Part shown: positions 39,269-47,964 of the stretch, piece after piece
Layout of the letters: the number at the start of each line of letters is the position of its first letter
Numbering within the stretch: the stretch's first letter is position 1
Virus record (IMG/VR): IMGVR_UViG_3300033997_000310
Location: 32,001 to 96,000 of that record
Length of the DNA stretch: 64,000 nt
Reading direction: 5' to 3' (one strand)
Source: a virus
Position numbers and translations under genes: made by a program
Notes under the pieces: generated by a model
Told to the model about the DNA's origin: nothing
What the model saw: the letters and a program-made list of their open reading frames with translations, nothing else
Database searches by the model: none

Positions 39269-39435
39269 TTTTTCGTCCACGCTCATTTGCGTGGTGAGTG
39301 AATCCAGCCCCAGGTAAACGAGATTCTGCCCCTCATTGCCGCTCCCACTAAGTGCGGGGTGAGTGATCCAGCGCGATGCCATTCATATAAGGCTGTCATG
39401 TTGTCACCCCCGCCCAAATGCGGGGTATGTGAACC
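39269..39435 (-). CRISPR. mini-array 3: three degenerate 35-36 nt repeats, two spacers
   Basis: Repeats at 39269, 39335, 39400 (period 65-66); the 39400 repeat shares 28 nt with the repeat at 42677. Confidence 0.75.
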
Positions 39436-39493
39436 GATCCAGCCACAAAGCACTGACATGGAAAGAAAACCAGCGCCTGTGACCAGGGAAAAA

Positions 39494-41707
39494 TCACGCT
39501 GCGACCTCCTGTTTCACCGCATACGGGAACACTTCCGCGTAACCGTACACATCATCAAACCCCGACCGGAACCGTTCCGGGATGCAGTCGGAGAAGCCGG
39601 CGAACGAGGCGTCGTTGTAAGCCCGCGCCCGGCGGTTGCTGGTGATGCTCTGCGGCAGCGGGAACCGTGGATCGAGCATCCAAACCCGCACGTCGTCGCT
39701 GGCCTGACGGATGCCGCGACCGAAGCCCTGTTTCAGCCGCTTCTTGGCCCCCAGGGCGACGCTGGAGAAGTCGATAGCCCGGATGGCATCTTCCGACAGC
39801 CCGCGCGCACGCAGGGCCGCCGCACGGGCCCCAGAGCGGGCATTATCGAGCGATCCGAACGGCAGTCGGGTGACGACGAGGTTCTGCACCATGCCGGGCA
39901 GATCGACGCCTTCCCATGCCGCCGGGGAAATCAGCAGAGCGTTCGGCGTTTCGCGGTACTTGGCCAGCGCATCAACCAGCTTCGTGCCGCGCACATGCTC
40001 AATCACGTCAACCCCAGCCGCACGGACGCAAGCGGCAATTGCCTGCGTGTCGACATAGCTCGTGGTCAGCACCAGCGTGCGCCCGCCGGCGGCATGGGCC
40101 GCAACGACGCCATCAGCGGCATATTCAACCCAGGCCGGGTTGGTGGTGACGATTTCCTCATCGTCGACCTTGGCCGTGGGGCGGGGAGCGGCGCGATCCG
40201 CCAAATGCAGGGAAGACCAGCGCCCGAACACTTCCGGCGCGAACCGCTGGCACCGATCCGGCGACACGTTCTTGACCTTCTCCGGGTTGGACCGGTCGTA
40301 ATAGATGCCGACCTCGCTGCGGAACGACCGGAAGTCGGCATCGCTTTCCGACTGGCTCCGAGCCGGCGCGTCCAGGGTGGCGCTGGTGAAGACCAGCGAA
40401 CGCAGGAACGGCGCATATTCCGTGCCGTCCGACGACTTGCCGGGCTTGAACAGGCGCGCGGCCAGCCGGCCAGGATAGACCGGCACGATGCTGAGGGACG
40501 GATAGGAGCGTACCGGAGACCAGCGCAGCAGCGGGCACTGAATGGCCGAATGCTCGCCTTCCTTGGCGTCCAGCGTGCCGTTGGCGAAGCTGCGCAGTTC
40601 CTCCACCATGTCACGCATCTCCGCGACGACACCGGCATCAACGCCGGCTTTCTTGCCGCGCGTGGAAGCCTCCAGCAGCAGACCGCTGAGATAGACCGCG
40701 TGCCCCACGGCTTCCTTGCGCAGATCGGCCATGTTCGGGGCCGAAAGCAGGACATGCCCGCCACGATCATCGCGCGTGAAGCCGGGGCGATGCTCCATCT
40801 TCTCGAAGGTGGCCCCCATCCATGCTTCCCAATCCTTCAGGGCGGCGAACGCCTTGATGGTGTCGATACCGGCGTCACTGACGGCGGTGAGCGTGCGGCG
40901 CATCATCGGGGCAGAGACGCGAGTGTCAAAAACCGATTCGGCGGCGTGCGGGATGCGGTCGGCCTCATCGATCACGCCGATATCGAATCCGTCGCTTTCA
41001 CCGGCCAGCAGCCGGTTCCACCGGATGGCGGAAATCATGGTCAGGGCATGGTTGGTGACGACGATATCGGCGGTATGACTGCCAACAACGTGGTCCTTGT
41101 ACCGCTGCTGGTCATCGTCGCTGCACACGGCGGTGAGGCACACGTCTGCCTCGGAAATGCCGCACGGCAGCGGGCCGAACGTCTCTTTCCACTCCGCGAT
41201 ATCGCCGCTGGCCTCTGCGAAGCTGCGCAGCGCCTCCAGGCTGATCCGGGCATCGTCCGTGAGCGCGCCATCGGTGGCCATGGCAGCCATCAGTGCAACG
41301 ATGCGGGACGGTGACAGGAAGTTGCGGCGACCCTTGCGCACGGCGGCGCTGATCTGGATTCCGGTGATGGCCTTGGCGACCGCGATGGCGACCGGCACGT
41401 CCTTGCCCATCAACTGCGTCTGCAGATTGATGGTGTATGTGCTGACCAAGCCGCGCTGCCCGGTGCGGGCGCAATGCACGGCCATGGGAACCAGATAGCC
41501 CAGCGACTTGCCGACGCCGGTTTCGGCTTCATAGAGCGACACTTCGCCGATGCCGGGTGTGGCGTTCTCGAAGCTGTTGGCAACCGCCTTGGCGTAGGCG
41601 ATTTGCTGGGGATTGGGGCGATACGCCTTGCCCAGCTTCTTCATTTCGGCATCAACGGGACCGCCAGCGGCGAACGCGGCGGCGACGATTTCAGAGAGAG
41701 TCGGCAT
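39494..41707 (-). CDS. csf4: CRISPR-associated DinG helicase (Csf4/CasDinG)
   Basis: EAETGVGKSLGYL, ST.TI.LQ.Q, IDEAD, TSATL, WEGVDL, QG.GR.IR; next to csf2 and arrays. Confidence 0.9.
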   Translation of the reverse strand: MPTLSEIVAAAFAAGGPVDAEMKKLGKAYRPNPQQIAYAKAVANSFENATPGIGEVSLYEAETGVGKSLGYLVPMAVHCARTGQRGLVSTYTINLQTQLMGKDVPVAIAVAKAITGIQISAAVRKGRRNFLSPSRIVALMAAMATDGALTDDARISLEALRSFAEASGDIAEWKETFGPLPCGISEADVCLTAVCSDDDQQRYKDHVVGSHTADIVVTNHALTMISAIRWNRLLAGESDGFDIGVIDEADRIPHAAESVFDTRVSAPMMRRTLTAVSDAGIDTIKAFAALKDWEAWMGATFEKMEHRPGFTRDDRGGHVLLSAPNMADLRKEAVGHAVYLSGLLLEASTRGKKAGVDAGVVAEMRDMVEELRSFANGTLDAKEGEHSAIQCPLLRWSPVRSYPSLSIVPVYPGRLAARLFKPGKSSDGTEYAPFLRSLVFTSATLDAPARSQSESDADFRSFRSEVGIYYDRSNPEKVKNVSPDRCQRFAPEVFGRWSSLHLADRAAPRPTAKVDDEEIVTTNPAWVEYAADGVVAAHAAGGRTLVLTTSYVDTQAIAACVRAAGVDVIEHVRGTKLVDALAKYRETPNALLISPAAWEGVDLPGMVQNLVVTRLPFGSLDNARSGARAAALRARGLSEDAIRAIDFSSVALGAKKRLKQGFGRGIRQASDDVRVWMLDPRFPLPQSITSNRRARAYNDASFAGFSDCIPERFRSGFDDVYGYAEVFPYAVKQEVAA

Positions 41708-41822
41708 GTTTGAGTTCCTGTTTGCAGATGGTGATGGGAAAGGTACATCATGGCGGGCAATGAGAAAAGTGCATAATTTGACCGGCCCCGGCAGGCGGGG
41801 GGATTTTTGCGTTCATCACTCA

Positions 41823-43108
41823 GTTGACGGACCCGCAGCGGCGGGTGGCGGCATGAACGAGAAGCCGCAGTTGCGCACCTCTTTTTCGTCCCCGCGCTGG
41901 CGGGGAAAGGGGCGTTGCCGAATCCGTCCTTTATCAATTTCCATACCCGCAACTGCGTGGTCGCTTGGTCGGCGGTCGTGACCGCTCCACCACCGAGTTT
42001 TCACCCCCGCGTGTGCGGGGAAGGCCACGGCTGTCTTGCGCGTCGGTCTACGGAGCCATTTTTCATCCCCGCGCGTGCGGAGCAGCATTGGCGCTGGATA
42101 TCATCGCGGACCTGAACCAATTTCCGTCCCCGCACGTGCGGGGGAGGCCTGGACGGCAGAGACCTACCAGCGCCTCGATTGTTTTCGTCCCCGCGCGTGC
42201 GGGGGATACCCCGCCACCTATCGCCGCAATGGCGTGTTCCTGTTTTCGTCCCCGCGCGTGCGGGGGAGGAATGAACATCCAATCAATGTGCAAGCCCTGC
42301 CACTTTCCGCCCCCGCCCATGCAAGGCTTCCCATTTTATCAAGCAGTCGTCATTGGCCGCTCTTTCCACCCCCGCCATGCAGGGAACCGTCCGCCCGATG
42401 TTGGCTCCATCCATCTGGTTGTCGTCCCAACGAGTGCTGGGAAAGTGATTCTGCCACGGGTTGAAATGGTGGCGTCGATATTTTCACCCCCACTGGATTG
42501 CGGGGTAGGTGAGGCATCGTATCGGTTTCGTCAGACCCGGCCAAGTTTCCGTCCCCACCAGAATGCGGGGCAAGAGAGACGAAGGCTGGCACGTTCAAGG
42601 TGGTGTTCGTGTTTCCGTCCCCACCAGAATGCGGGGTAAGCAAAACGCTGTCCTTGCCGCTGGTACGTCGCCTCACGTTTCCGGCCCCGCCCAAATGCGG
42701 GGTATGTGAACCCTCATTTTTCCGATTTCGTACCCATCAAACGTTTTCGTCCCCGCCCAAATGCGGGGTAAGAGAGACACATGCACAAGGCTGGCCTGAT
42801 AACCGGTTGTTTCCGTCCCCACCTAAATGCGGGGTAAGAGAGACCGGCGCCCGGGTGAAGCGGATGGCCCGCCAGTTGTCGTCCCCACCTAAATGCGGGG
42901 TAAGAGAGACACATCGGGGGGTGAATCCGAACAGCGATCTGTTGTCGTCCCCACCTAAATGCGGGGTAAGAGAGACGCTCGTCATCGCTCAGAAGATCCC
43001 GCTCCAGTTGTCGTCCCCACCTAAATGCGGGGTAAGAGAGACTCCCGCCGACGGCCATCGGGCGCGGTATAGGTTGTCGTCCCCACCTAAATGCGGGGTA
43101 AGAGAGAC
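41823..43108 (-). CRISPR. main array, about 21 repeats; leader-proximal repeat GTCTCTCTTACCCCGCATTTAGGTGGGGACGACAAC, about 30 nt spacers
   Basis: 36-nt repeats at 43073, 43007, 42941, 42875, 42809, 42743, 42677, 42611, 42545, 42480; shorter, diverged repeats at about 42418, 42362, 42303, 42242, 42181, 42120, 42059, 41997, 41937, 41882, 41823. Confidence 0.93.
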
Positions 43109-43200
43109 TGATCCTAACACAACTCATTGCAATCAAATACGAATTACGCATTCGCATTTGAAAAAAACCATGATGTACTTGTTCAAGAACCGGTGAAAAT
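43109..43200 (-). promoter_or_regulatory. AT-rich CRISPR leader
   Basis: AT-rich and adjacent to the most uniform repeats; junction GATCCTAACACAACTCATTG resembles GATCCAGCCACAAAGCACTG beside mini-array 3. Confidence 0.65.
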
Positions 43201-43209
43201 GCGCGCTTT

Positions 43210-44271
43210 TTACGGCGCGCGGAAGTTCAGGCTGGTCACGTCGGTGGCATCCCAGGCCGCCAGCGCGGAAGCGATGATGCCGGTATCCAGCAACTCCAGG
43301 CCACCGAACGGTTCGATCTGGACGCTGCCGACATTTGCGAAGCCGTCACCTTCCCGCACCGTCACCGTCCAGGTGCCGCTGATCACCCCGCAGCCGTGAT
43401 TCGCGTGCGCCCCGACAACCGGGTCCAGCGCCAACTCACGCAGCGCGGCCAAGAACAGGCCCAACTCCAGCTTGGTCACGTTCCGCAGAACCATGCGCTG
43501 GTTCAGCACCTTACCCTGCGGGATCACCTCGTAACCGCCCAACACCTGCTTGATGTTGACGCCGGCGGCCTCGACCTGCCCCTTCAGCGCGTCACGCTTG
43601 GCGGACAGTTCCGCGACTTCAGCAGCCGCATCGGCATTGCCCTTGGCGTTCTTCACGGCCTTGCGCAGGGCCGTCTCGATGTTCTTCAGTTCGGCCTTGG
43701 CCTTGCTGTTGCTGGCACCTTCCTCCGACATGGACAGCCACTTGTCGCGCTCGCCATCAGCCAGGGTATTGAGCGTGTCCGGGGTGCGTTCCATGTCATC
43801 GCTGCGGATGCCAGCGATCTTATCCGGTTCGGTCGGCTGTTCCGGCACGGCATGGCTCACCATCAGCTTGCCGGCGGTATGCGCGGCCATGCTGCCGAAA
43901 AGCGAGATCAGCGGGTTCGCGGCACGCAGATTGGCCGCCGCGATGATATCGGCCTTGCTGTCGCTGCCCTTGTCCTTGATGCCGCCGACCACGTTGAAAT
44001 AGTGGTCATCCAGGGTGAAGACGGGAGCGCCATCACCCTGCACCGCGCGGCGAACGACGGTGAGCGCGTGCCGACGCAGCTTTCCGCGCAAGCCGGAGCC
44101 AGGGAAATAGACGGTCTCGGCATTGCCCACGGTCATGCGGGGCAGACGCGACGGCGGGTTCTTCTCGCGTTCGGCGCGCTTCTCGGTCTCGGTCTTCGGC
44201 GGGCAGGTGGCCAGAGGCGATTCGGTGGTGATGGTGCCGTTCAGGACGACGGTATAGGTCTGGGTGTTCAT
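43210..44271 (-). CDS. csf2: type IV Cas7-like backbone protein Csf2
   Basis: PGSGLRGKLRR, NPLISLFG, G.L, GAH...GCG. Confidence 0.9.
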   Translation of the reverse strand: MNTQTYTVVLNGTITTESPLATCPPKTETEKRAEREKNPPSRLPRMTVGNAETVYFPGSGLRGKLRRHALTVVRRAVQGDGAPVFTLDDHYFNVVGGIKDKGSDSKADIIAAANLRAANPLISLFGSMAAHTAGKLMVSHAVPEQPTEPDKIAGIRSDDMERTPDTLNTLADGERDKWLSMSEEGASNSKAKAELKNIETALRKAVKNAKGNADAAAEVAELSAKRDALKGQVEAAGVNIKQVLGGYEVIPQGKVLNQRMVLRNVTKLELGLFLAALRELALDPVVGAHANHGCGVISGTWTVTVREGDGFANVGSVQIEPFGGLELLDTGIIASALAAWDATDVTSLNFRAP

Positions 44272-44321
44272 GTTCGTGTTCCATGTTGGGTAGGTGCGGG
44301 GTGGCCCGCGATCGAGTGTGT

Positions 44322-44662
44322 TTTGTCGGCCCCGCGTGGGCGGGGCATGAGCAGAAACCCACTCGACCTCTGGGCGGTGACTTTTCGCCCCCGCGTGTGC
44401 GGGGCGAGAGTCGGTCGGGATGTGGCCAATCACCTTCTCGTTATCGTACCCGCGCGGGTGCGGGTTTTGGTCTTGACTGTCACTGAACTTCGCAATCTCC
44501 ATCCTCTTGCCGTCCCCGTGCTCGTGCGGGGTGAGGGGTGCGTCGTTCGATTACTCGGATGACAACGAAGTCCTTACCGTCCCCGCGCACGTGCGAGGCA
44601 TCGGCTGTTGTGCTTTCGGATCAAGACCAGCCCTTTCCATCCCCACTCACGCCGGGAACAGC
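44322..44662 (-). CRISPR. array 2: six degenerate repeats between cas6 and csf2
   Basis: CCCCGC-loop-GCGGGG-type hairpins with 8-nt handles at 44322, 44381, 44440, 44506, 44573, 44633 (periods 59-67). Confidence 0.8.
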
Positions 44663-45222
44663 CGCAACATCCCCATGCCATAGCTCTTGGCCGGGCCGAT
44701 GCCGATCTTCATCGCATCCGTCAGTGCATCGGCATCGGTAACGCGCAACGCGCCGGTGAAGGTGGTGAAATCTAAGCCGTCCTTGCCGATCTTCGCCTCG
44801 TTGCGCATGACATGGCGGAACTCTGTGCGGAGCGCGACTTGCTCGACCACGAAGCCGTGCTTCAGCCCGCGCGCCTTGAGCCAGTCCATCCGGCCCTCAT
44901 CGTCCCCACGACGCAGCATCACGCGCTTGCCGCGCTGCCCGCCGTTGCGCTGATCCACGCGGATGCACCGCGTCGGATGCGCCGTCAGCACGAAGCGGTA
45001 CGTGCAGCCTTCGACTGGCAATGCCACGTCGTCGGCGTGCTGGGCAACTGTATCGGGCAGGTTGTCTGAGCGAATCACGATGCCAGGCGCGGCCTCGTCA
45101 ATCGCAAACAGGAAATCCCGCGTCTTGTCGCTGCCTTCACCAAGCATGAAGGCATAGGCCATTTCATGCAGAGCATAGCGGTTGTGGGGCAGGGCGGGCA
45201 GTTGGATGGAGACTTCACGCAT
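44647..45222 (-). CDS. cas6e: Cas6e-like crRNA processing endoribonuclease
   Basis: Y.LH, F.L.A.PT, WL......GF, F.G.L.V.D, GIGPAKSYGMGML glycine-rich loop. Confidence 0.9.
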   Translation of the reverse strand: MREVSIQLPALPHNRYALHEMAYAFMLGEGSDKTRDFLFAIDEAAPGIVIRSDNLPDTVAQHADDVALPVEGCTYRFVLTAHPTRCIRVDQRNGGQRGKRVMLRRGDDEGRMDWLKARGLKHGFVVEQVALRTEFRHVMRNEAKIGKDGLDFTTFTGALRVTDADALTDAMKIGIGPAKSYGMGMLRLFPA

Positions 45223-45225
45223 TTT

Positions 45226-45903
45226 TCAGCCCTCGTTCTTCTCGCGGTCACCGCACAGCAGCGACAGCATGTTGAAATCATCGCTGCCCACGGCGGGCAG
45301 GCGGTCGATAACGGCGTCCAGCGCCGGGCACTTGACGATCATGGCGTCGATTTCTGCGTCGATCGATTCCGCCTCTGAGTGATTGCGCTTACGGCGCTCC
45401 AGGGCGCGGGCGGCGGCCCGCCATTGCATCGGCGCGATGCCGTCCAGATCGGCATAAAGGCCTGCAACCAGGGCGCGGTTGATGGTTGCGGTCTCGACGC
45501 CGGAAAGGCTGATCACATCGCTGCCGTAATTGATCCGCCAGTTGTGGATCGTGTTCCAGTCCTTGCCATGGATGACGACCATGAACGGGCTGGCCGGCGG
45601 CGACAGGACGATTTCGGCAATCCAGTTGGGAATAGTGCGCCAAGATCCATCATGGATCACAGTGCTGGCCGGCGGCTGGCGGCACGGCTTGATATCGGCC
45701 ATCAGCACGCAGCCGGTCTCAGTGACCAGCGACATGGCCTTGCCGCCACCCAGGCGAACCGCAGAACCGGCATTGGCCGCGTGCGCGTGGTTGCGGGACA
45801 GGGCAACGATGGCCGGATTGCTTTCATTACTCACGGCAGAATGAAGGTACTGGCCAATGCCGCGATACCAGAAATCCAGCGGGTCAAGGTTGATGATGTC
45901 CAT
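45226..45903 (-). CDS. divergent Csf1/Cas8-like large subunit
   Basis: Position between csf3 and cas6; L.PP.SPF...H..W block; no N-terminal CxxC finger visible. Confidence 0.6.
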   Translation of the reverse strand: MDIINLDPLDFWYRGIGQYLHSAVSNESNPAIVALSRNHAHAANAGSAVRLGGGKAMSLVTETGCVLMADIKPCRQPPASTVIHDGSWRTIPNWIAEIVLSPPASPFMVVIHGKDWNTIHNWRINYGSDVISLSGVETATINRALVAGLYADLDGIAPMQWRAAARALERRKRNHSEAESIDAEIDAMIVKCPALDAVIDRLPAVGSDDFNMLSLLCGDREKNEG

Positions 45904-45911
45904 TGCTTGCC

Positions 45912-46598
45912 TCATGCGGCCAGAAAGCGCGGGGAAATCACGGCGTCGCCAACCGGATTAGGCACGGCGCACAGTGCGTAGTCGCCTTGCCAATACGGCG
46001 GCTGAAATCGCTCCGCATTCAGCGCGGCGCGCTGATTGGACAGCTTCCCCCAGATGCTGACGGGGACAGGCCGGGCCGGACTGCCATCAGCCAGGGCCAA
46101 GCCGACGTGGTGGCCAGTCACTTCCCGCACATCAATGCGGGACACCTGACCATATCCGACGGAACGCTTGGTTCCGATGCCAGATGCGTCGGACAGCAAA
46201 TCCTTGACGGCGGCAACGTCTCCGGTTCCGCAGAACCAGACGGCATCGGCATTGATGCTGGTGTATTCCGACAGGCTGTTCTGGTAATCGCCCCGCGCGC
46301 TGTCGATGCGCGGGAGCGCCTTGCGCCCGCCGTTCGGCCGGATCATGTCCGGCGTAATTTCCATGTCGGCACGGATTGAGCCGACGATCATCACGCCGCG
46401 CAATGGAGAATTGCCATCGATGAAAGCCTGCGAACCAGCCCAGACGCCGCTGCTGCGATCCAGCGGGATTTCTGCGTGTGCGCGTTCAACGCTGCCGGTG
46501 CGCTCATAAATCAGCGCCGCAAGCAGTCCATCAAGCAGCAGCCGACGACCCGGAATGACCGGTGTTGCCATGCTGATCTTGATCACAAACGGGGTCAT
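45912..46598 (-). CDS. csf3: type IV Cas5-like protein Csf3
   Basis: TPV...LDGLLA, IPL, W..S, GD...V..LL....IG.KR..GYG.V, RPVP, PPYW; GGAGG RBS. Confidence 0.88.
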   Translation of the reverse strand: MTPFVIKISMATPVIPGRRLLLDGLLAALIYERTGSVERAHAEIPLDRSSGVWAGSQAFIDGNSPLRGVMIVGSIRADMEITPDMIRPNGGRKALPRIDSARGDYQNSLSEYTSINADAVWFCGTGDVAAVKDLLSDASGIGTKRSVGYGQVSRIDVREVTGHHVGLALADGSPARPVPVSIWGKLSNQRAALNAERFQPPYWQGDYALCAVPNPVGDAVISPRFLAA

Positions 46599-46763
46599 CC
46601 GACCTCCTGTTGTCTGCGTTTCGATGGGCTGATATTGATAAATTCCATTACGCAACGCAAGCAGGAAAATGAGAAAAGTTCATTATATTGCTGCGAGGCA
46701 TGAGATTGGACGTTTTCCAGATTCGCGGTATGATGGCGCGACTCGGGAAGCAATGGGGCCGCC

Positions 46764-47417
46764 ATGTCGATCATCACGCTTTCGCTGCTGGCAGCCGCCA
46801 TGCCGGACTCCACTACACAGAACCGCGAGCGATATGCCGATCCGCTGGGCGACGCCTGCGTTCGCTTCGGAATCACGTCCCCCAAGCAAATCGCCATGTT
46901 CATTGCCCAAGTCGGGCATGAGAGCGGCTATCTCCGTAGCGTTCAGGAAAGCCTGAACTACCGGGCCGAGGCGCTGGTTCCGACCTTCGGTTCGCATCGC
47001 ATCACCGCTGAACAGGCGGCCCGGCTTGGCCGTTCCGGTGATCGTCCGGCTGATCAACAGGGCATCGCCAACGTCGTGTATGGCGGAAGGTTCGGCCAGG
47101 ACATTCTTGGCAACACCGAACCAGGCGACGGCTGGCGGTTCCGCGGCCGCGGGCTGATCCAGACGACGGGCCGGAAGAACTATGCGACGTGCGGGGCTGG
47201 TATCGGCCTCGACCTGATCAGCAATCCTGACTTGCTTCTTGAGCCTGAACATGCCGCCGCGTCAGCCGGTTGGTTCTGGTCATCGCGTGGTCTGAACCGG
47301 TTCGCGGACGCTGGAGACCTTGAAGGTTGCACCAAGAAGGTCAACGGCGGACTGAAGGGCTTGGATGATCGCCGGGCCATCTATGACCGCGCCCGGAAAG
47401 TGTTCGGGTTGCCATGA
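46764..47417 (+). CDS. endolysin, glycoside hydrolase family 19
   Basis: AQVGHES, YGGR..GN..GDGWRFRGRGLIQ.TGR.NY, VNGG..GL.DR. Confidence 0.93.
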   Translation: MSIITLSLLAAAMPDSTTQNRERYADPLGDACVRFGITSPKQIAMFIAQVGHESGYLRSVQESLNYRAEALVPTFGSHRITAEQAARLGRSGDRPADQQGIANVVYGGRFGQDILGNTEPGDGWRFRGRGLIQTTGRKNYATCGAGIGLDLISNPDLLLEPEHAAASAGWFWSSRGLNRFADAGDLEGCTKKVNGGLKGLDDRRAIYDRARKVFGLP

Positions 47418-47689
47418 CCGATTCCGCTTACACACACACCGAAGGCGCTTTCCCGAACACCCCGCGCTGGTCTGCTCGGCGCTTTGGCATGATCCTGGCC
47501 CTGTTTATGTCCGGCGTCATCATGATCGGCCTTGGCGTGCATCCAGGTATTGCGGAAGCGCGGGCACTCCGCCTGATCGACGCCGGAACGGAATGCCTCA
47601 TGTTTTCGTCGCTTGGCTTTGCGTTTGCCGCGTCGGCTGAGCGCATCGGCGGGTGGTGGACTGCCAAGCGACCGGTGGCGGCATCATGA
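47414..47689 (+). CDS. holin candidate
   Basis: Two transmembrane segments, overlapping the endolysin stop. Confidence 0.65.
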   Translation: MTDSAYTHTEGAFPNTPRWSARRFGMILALFMSGVIMIGLGVHPGIAEARALRLIDAGTECLMFSSLGFAFAASAERIGGWWTAKRPVAAS

Positions 47690-47964
47690 AGCTGCTGTTC
47701 TGCCGGGAATGCGGCGATGTCCGCAAGCTGCATGTCAATCGTGAATTGCATGCGTGCGCCTGTGGTGCGTCCGCTGGCCGGTATGTCGATGGGCTGAACG
47801 CCGAAGTGACCGGCCCGTGCCTCGCTCTTGGCATCGACAACAACTCGCTGCGCCTGGCTCTCACAAACCACGAGCGGTCACCACGTATGGACGGCCTGGG
47901 TCACCGCATCGAGGCGTTCATCATCCCTGAAACGGCCCCAACCCTTCGGAGGGTGCAAAGATGA
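47686..47964 (+). CDS. hypothetical zinc-binding protein
   Basis: C..C.D...C.CG. Confidence 0.6.
   Translation: MKLLFCRECGDVRKLHVNRELHACACGASAGRYVDGLNAEVTGPCLALGIDNNSLRLALTNHERSPRMDGLGHRIEAFIIPETAPTLRRVQR

Noticed and set aside
39359-41314. Long antisense ORFs (also 960..2156, 23809..25173, 28373..30265, 58810..60630)
   Set aside because: Shadow frames of well-supported genes in GC-rich DNA, with no motifs of their own.
41823-43108. Plus-strand orientation of the arrays
   Set aside because: The uniform repeats and AT-rich leader lie at the right end, and the 8-nt handle follows the hairpin only on the minus strand.
42600-43196. ORFs with repeating SPPKCGVRE or LSYPAFRWGR peptides
   Set aside because: These are translations of the CRISPR array; the 66-nt period keeps the frame open.
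44272-44502. 77-aa N-terminal extension of Csf2 in the ORF track
   Set aside because: It runs through array 2 repeats; the Csf2-like sequence starts at the ATG at 44271.
39269-44662. Self-targeting spacers
   Set aside because: No match found by eye within the window; this was not exhaustive and needs an alignment.
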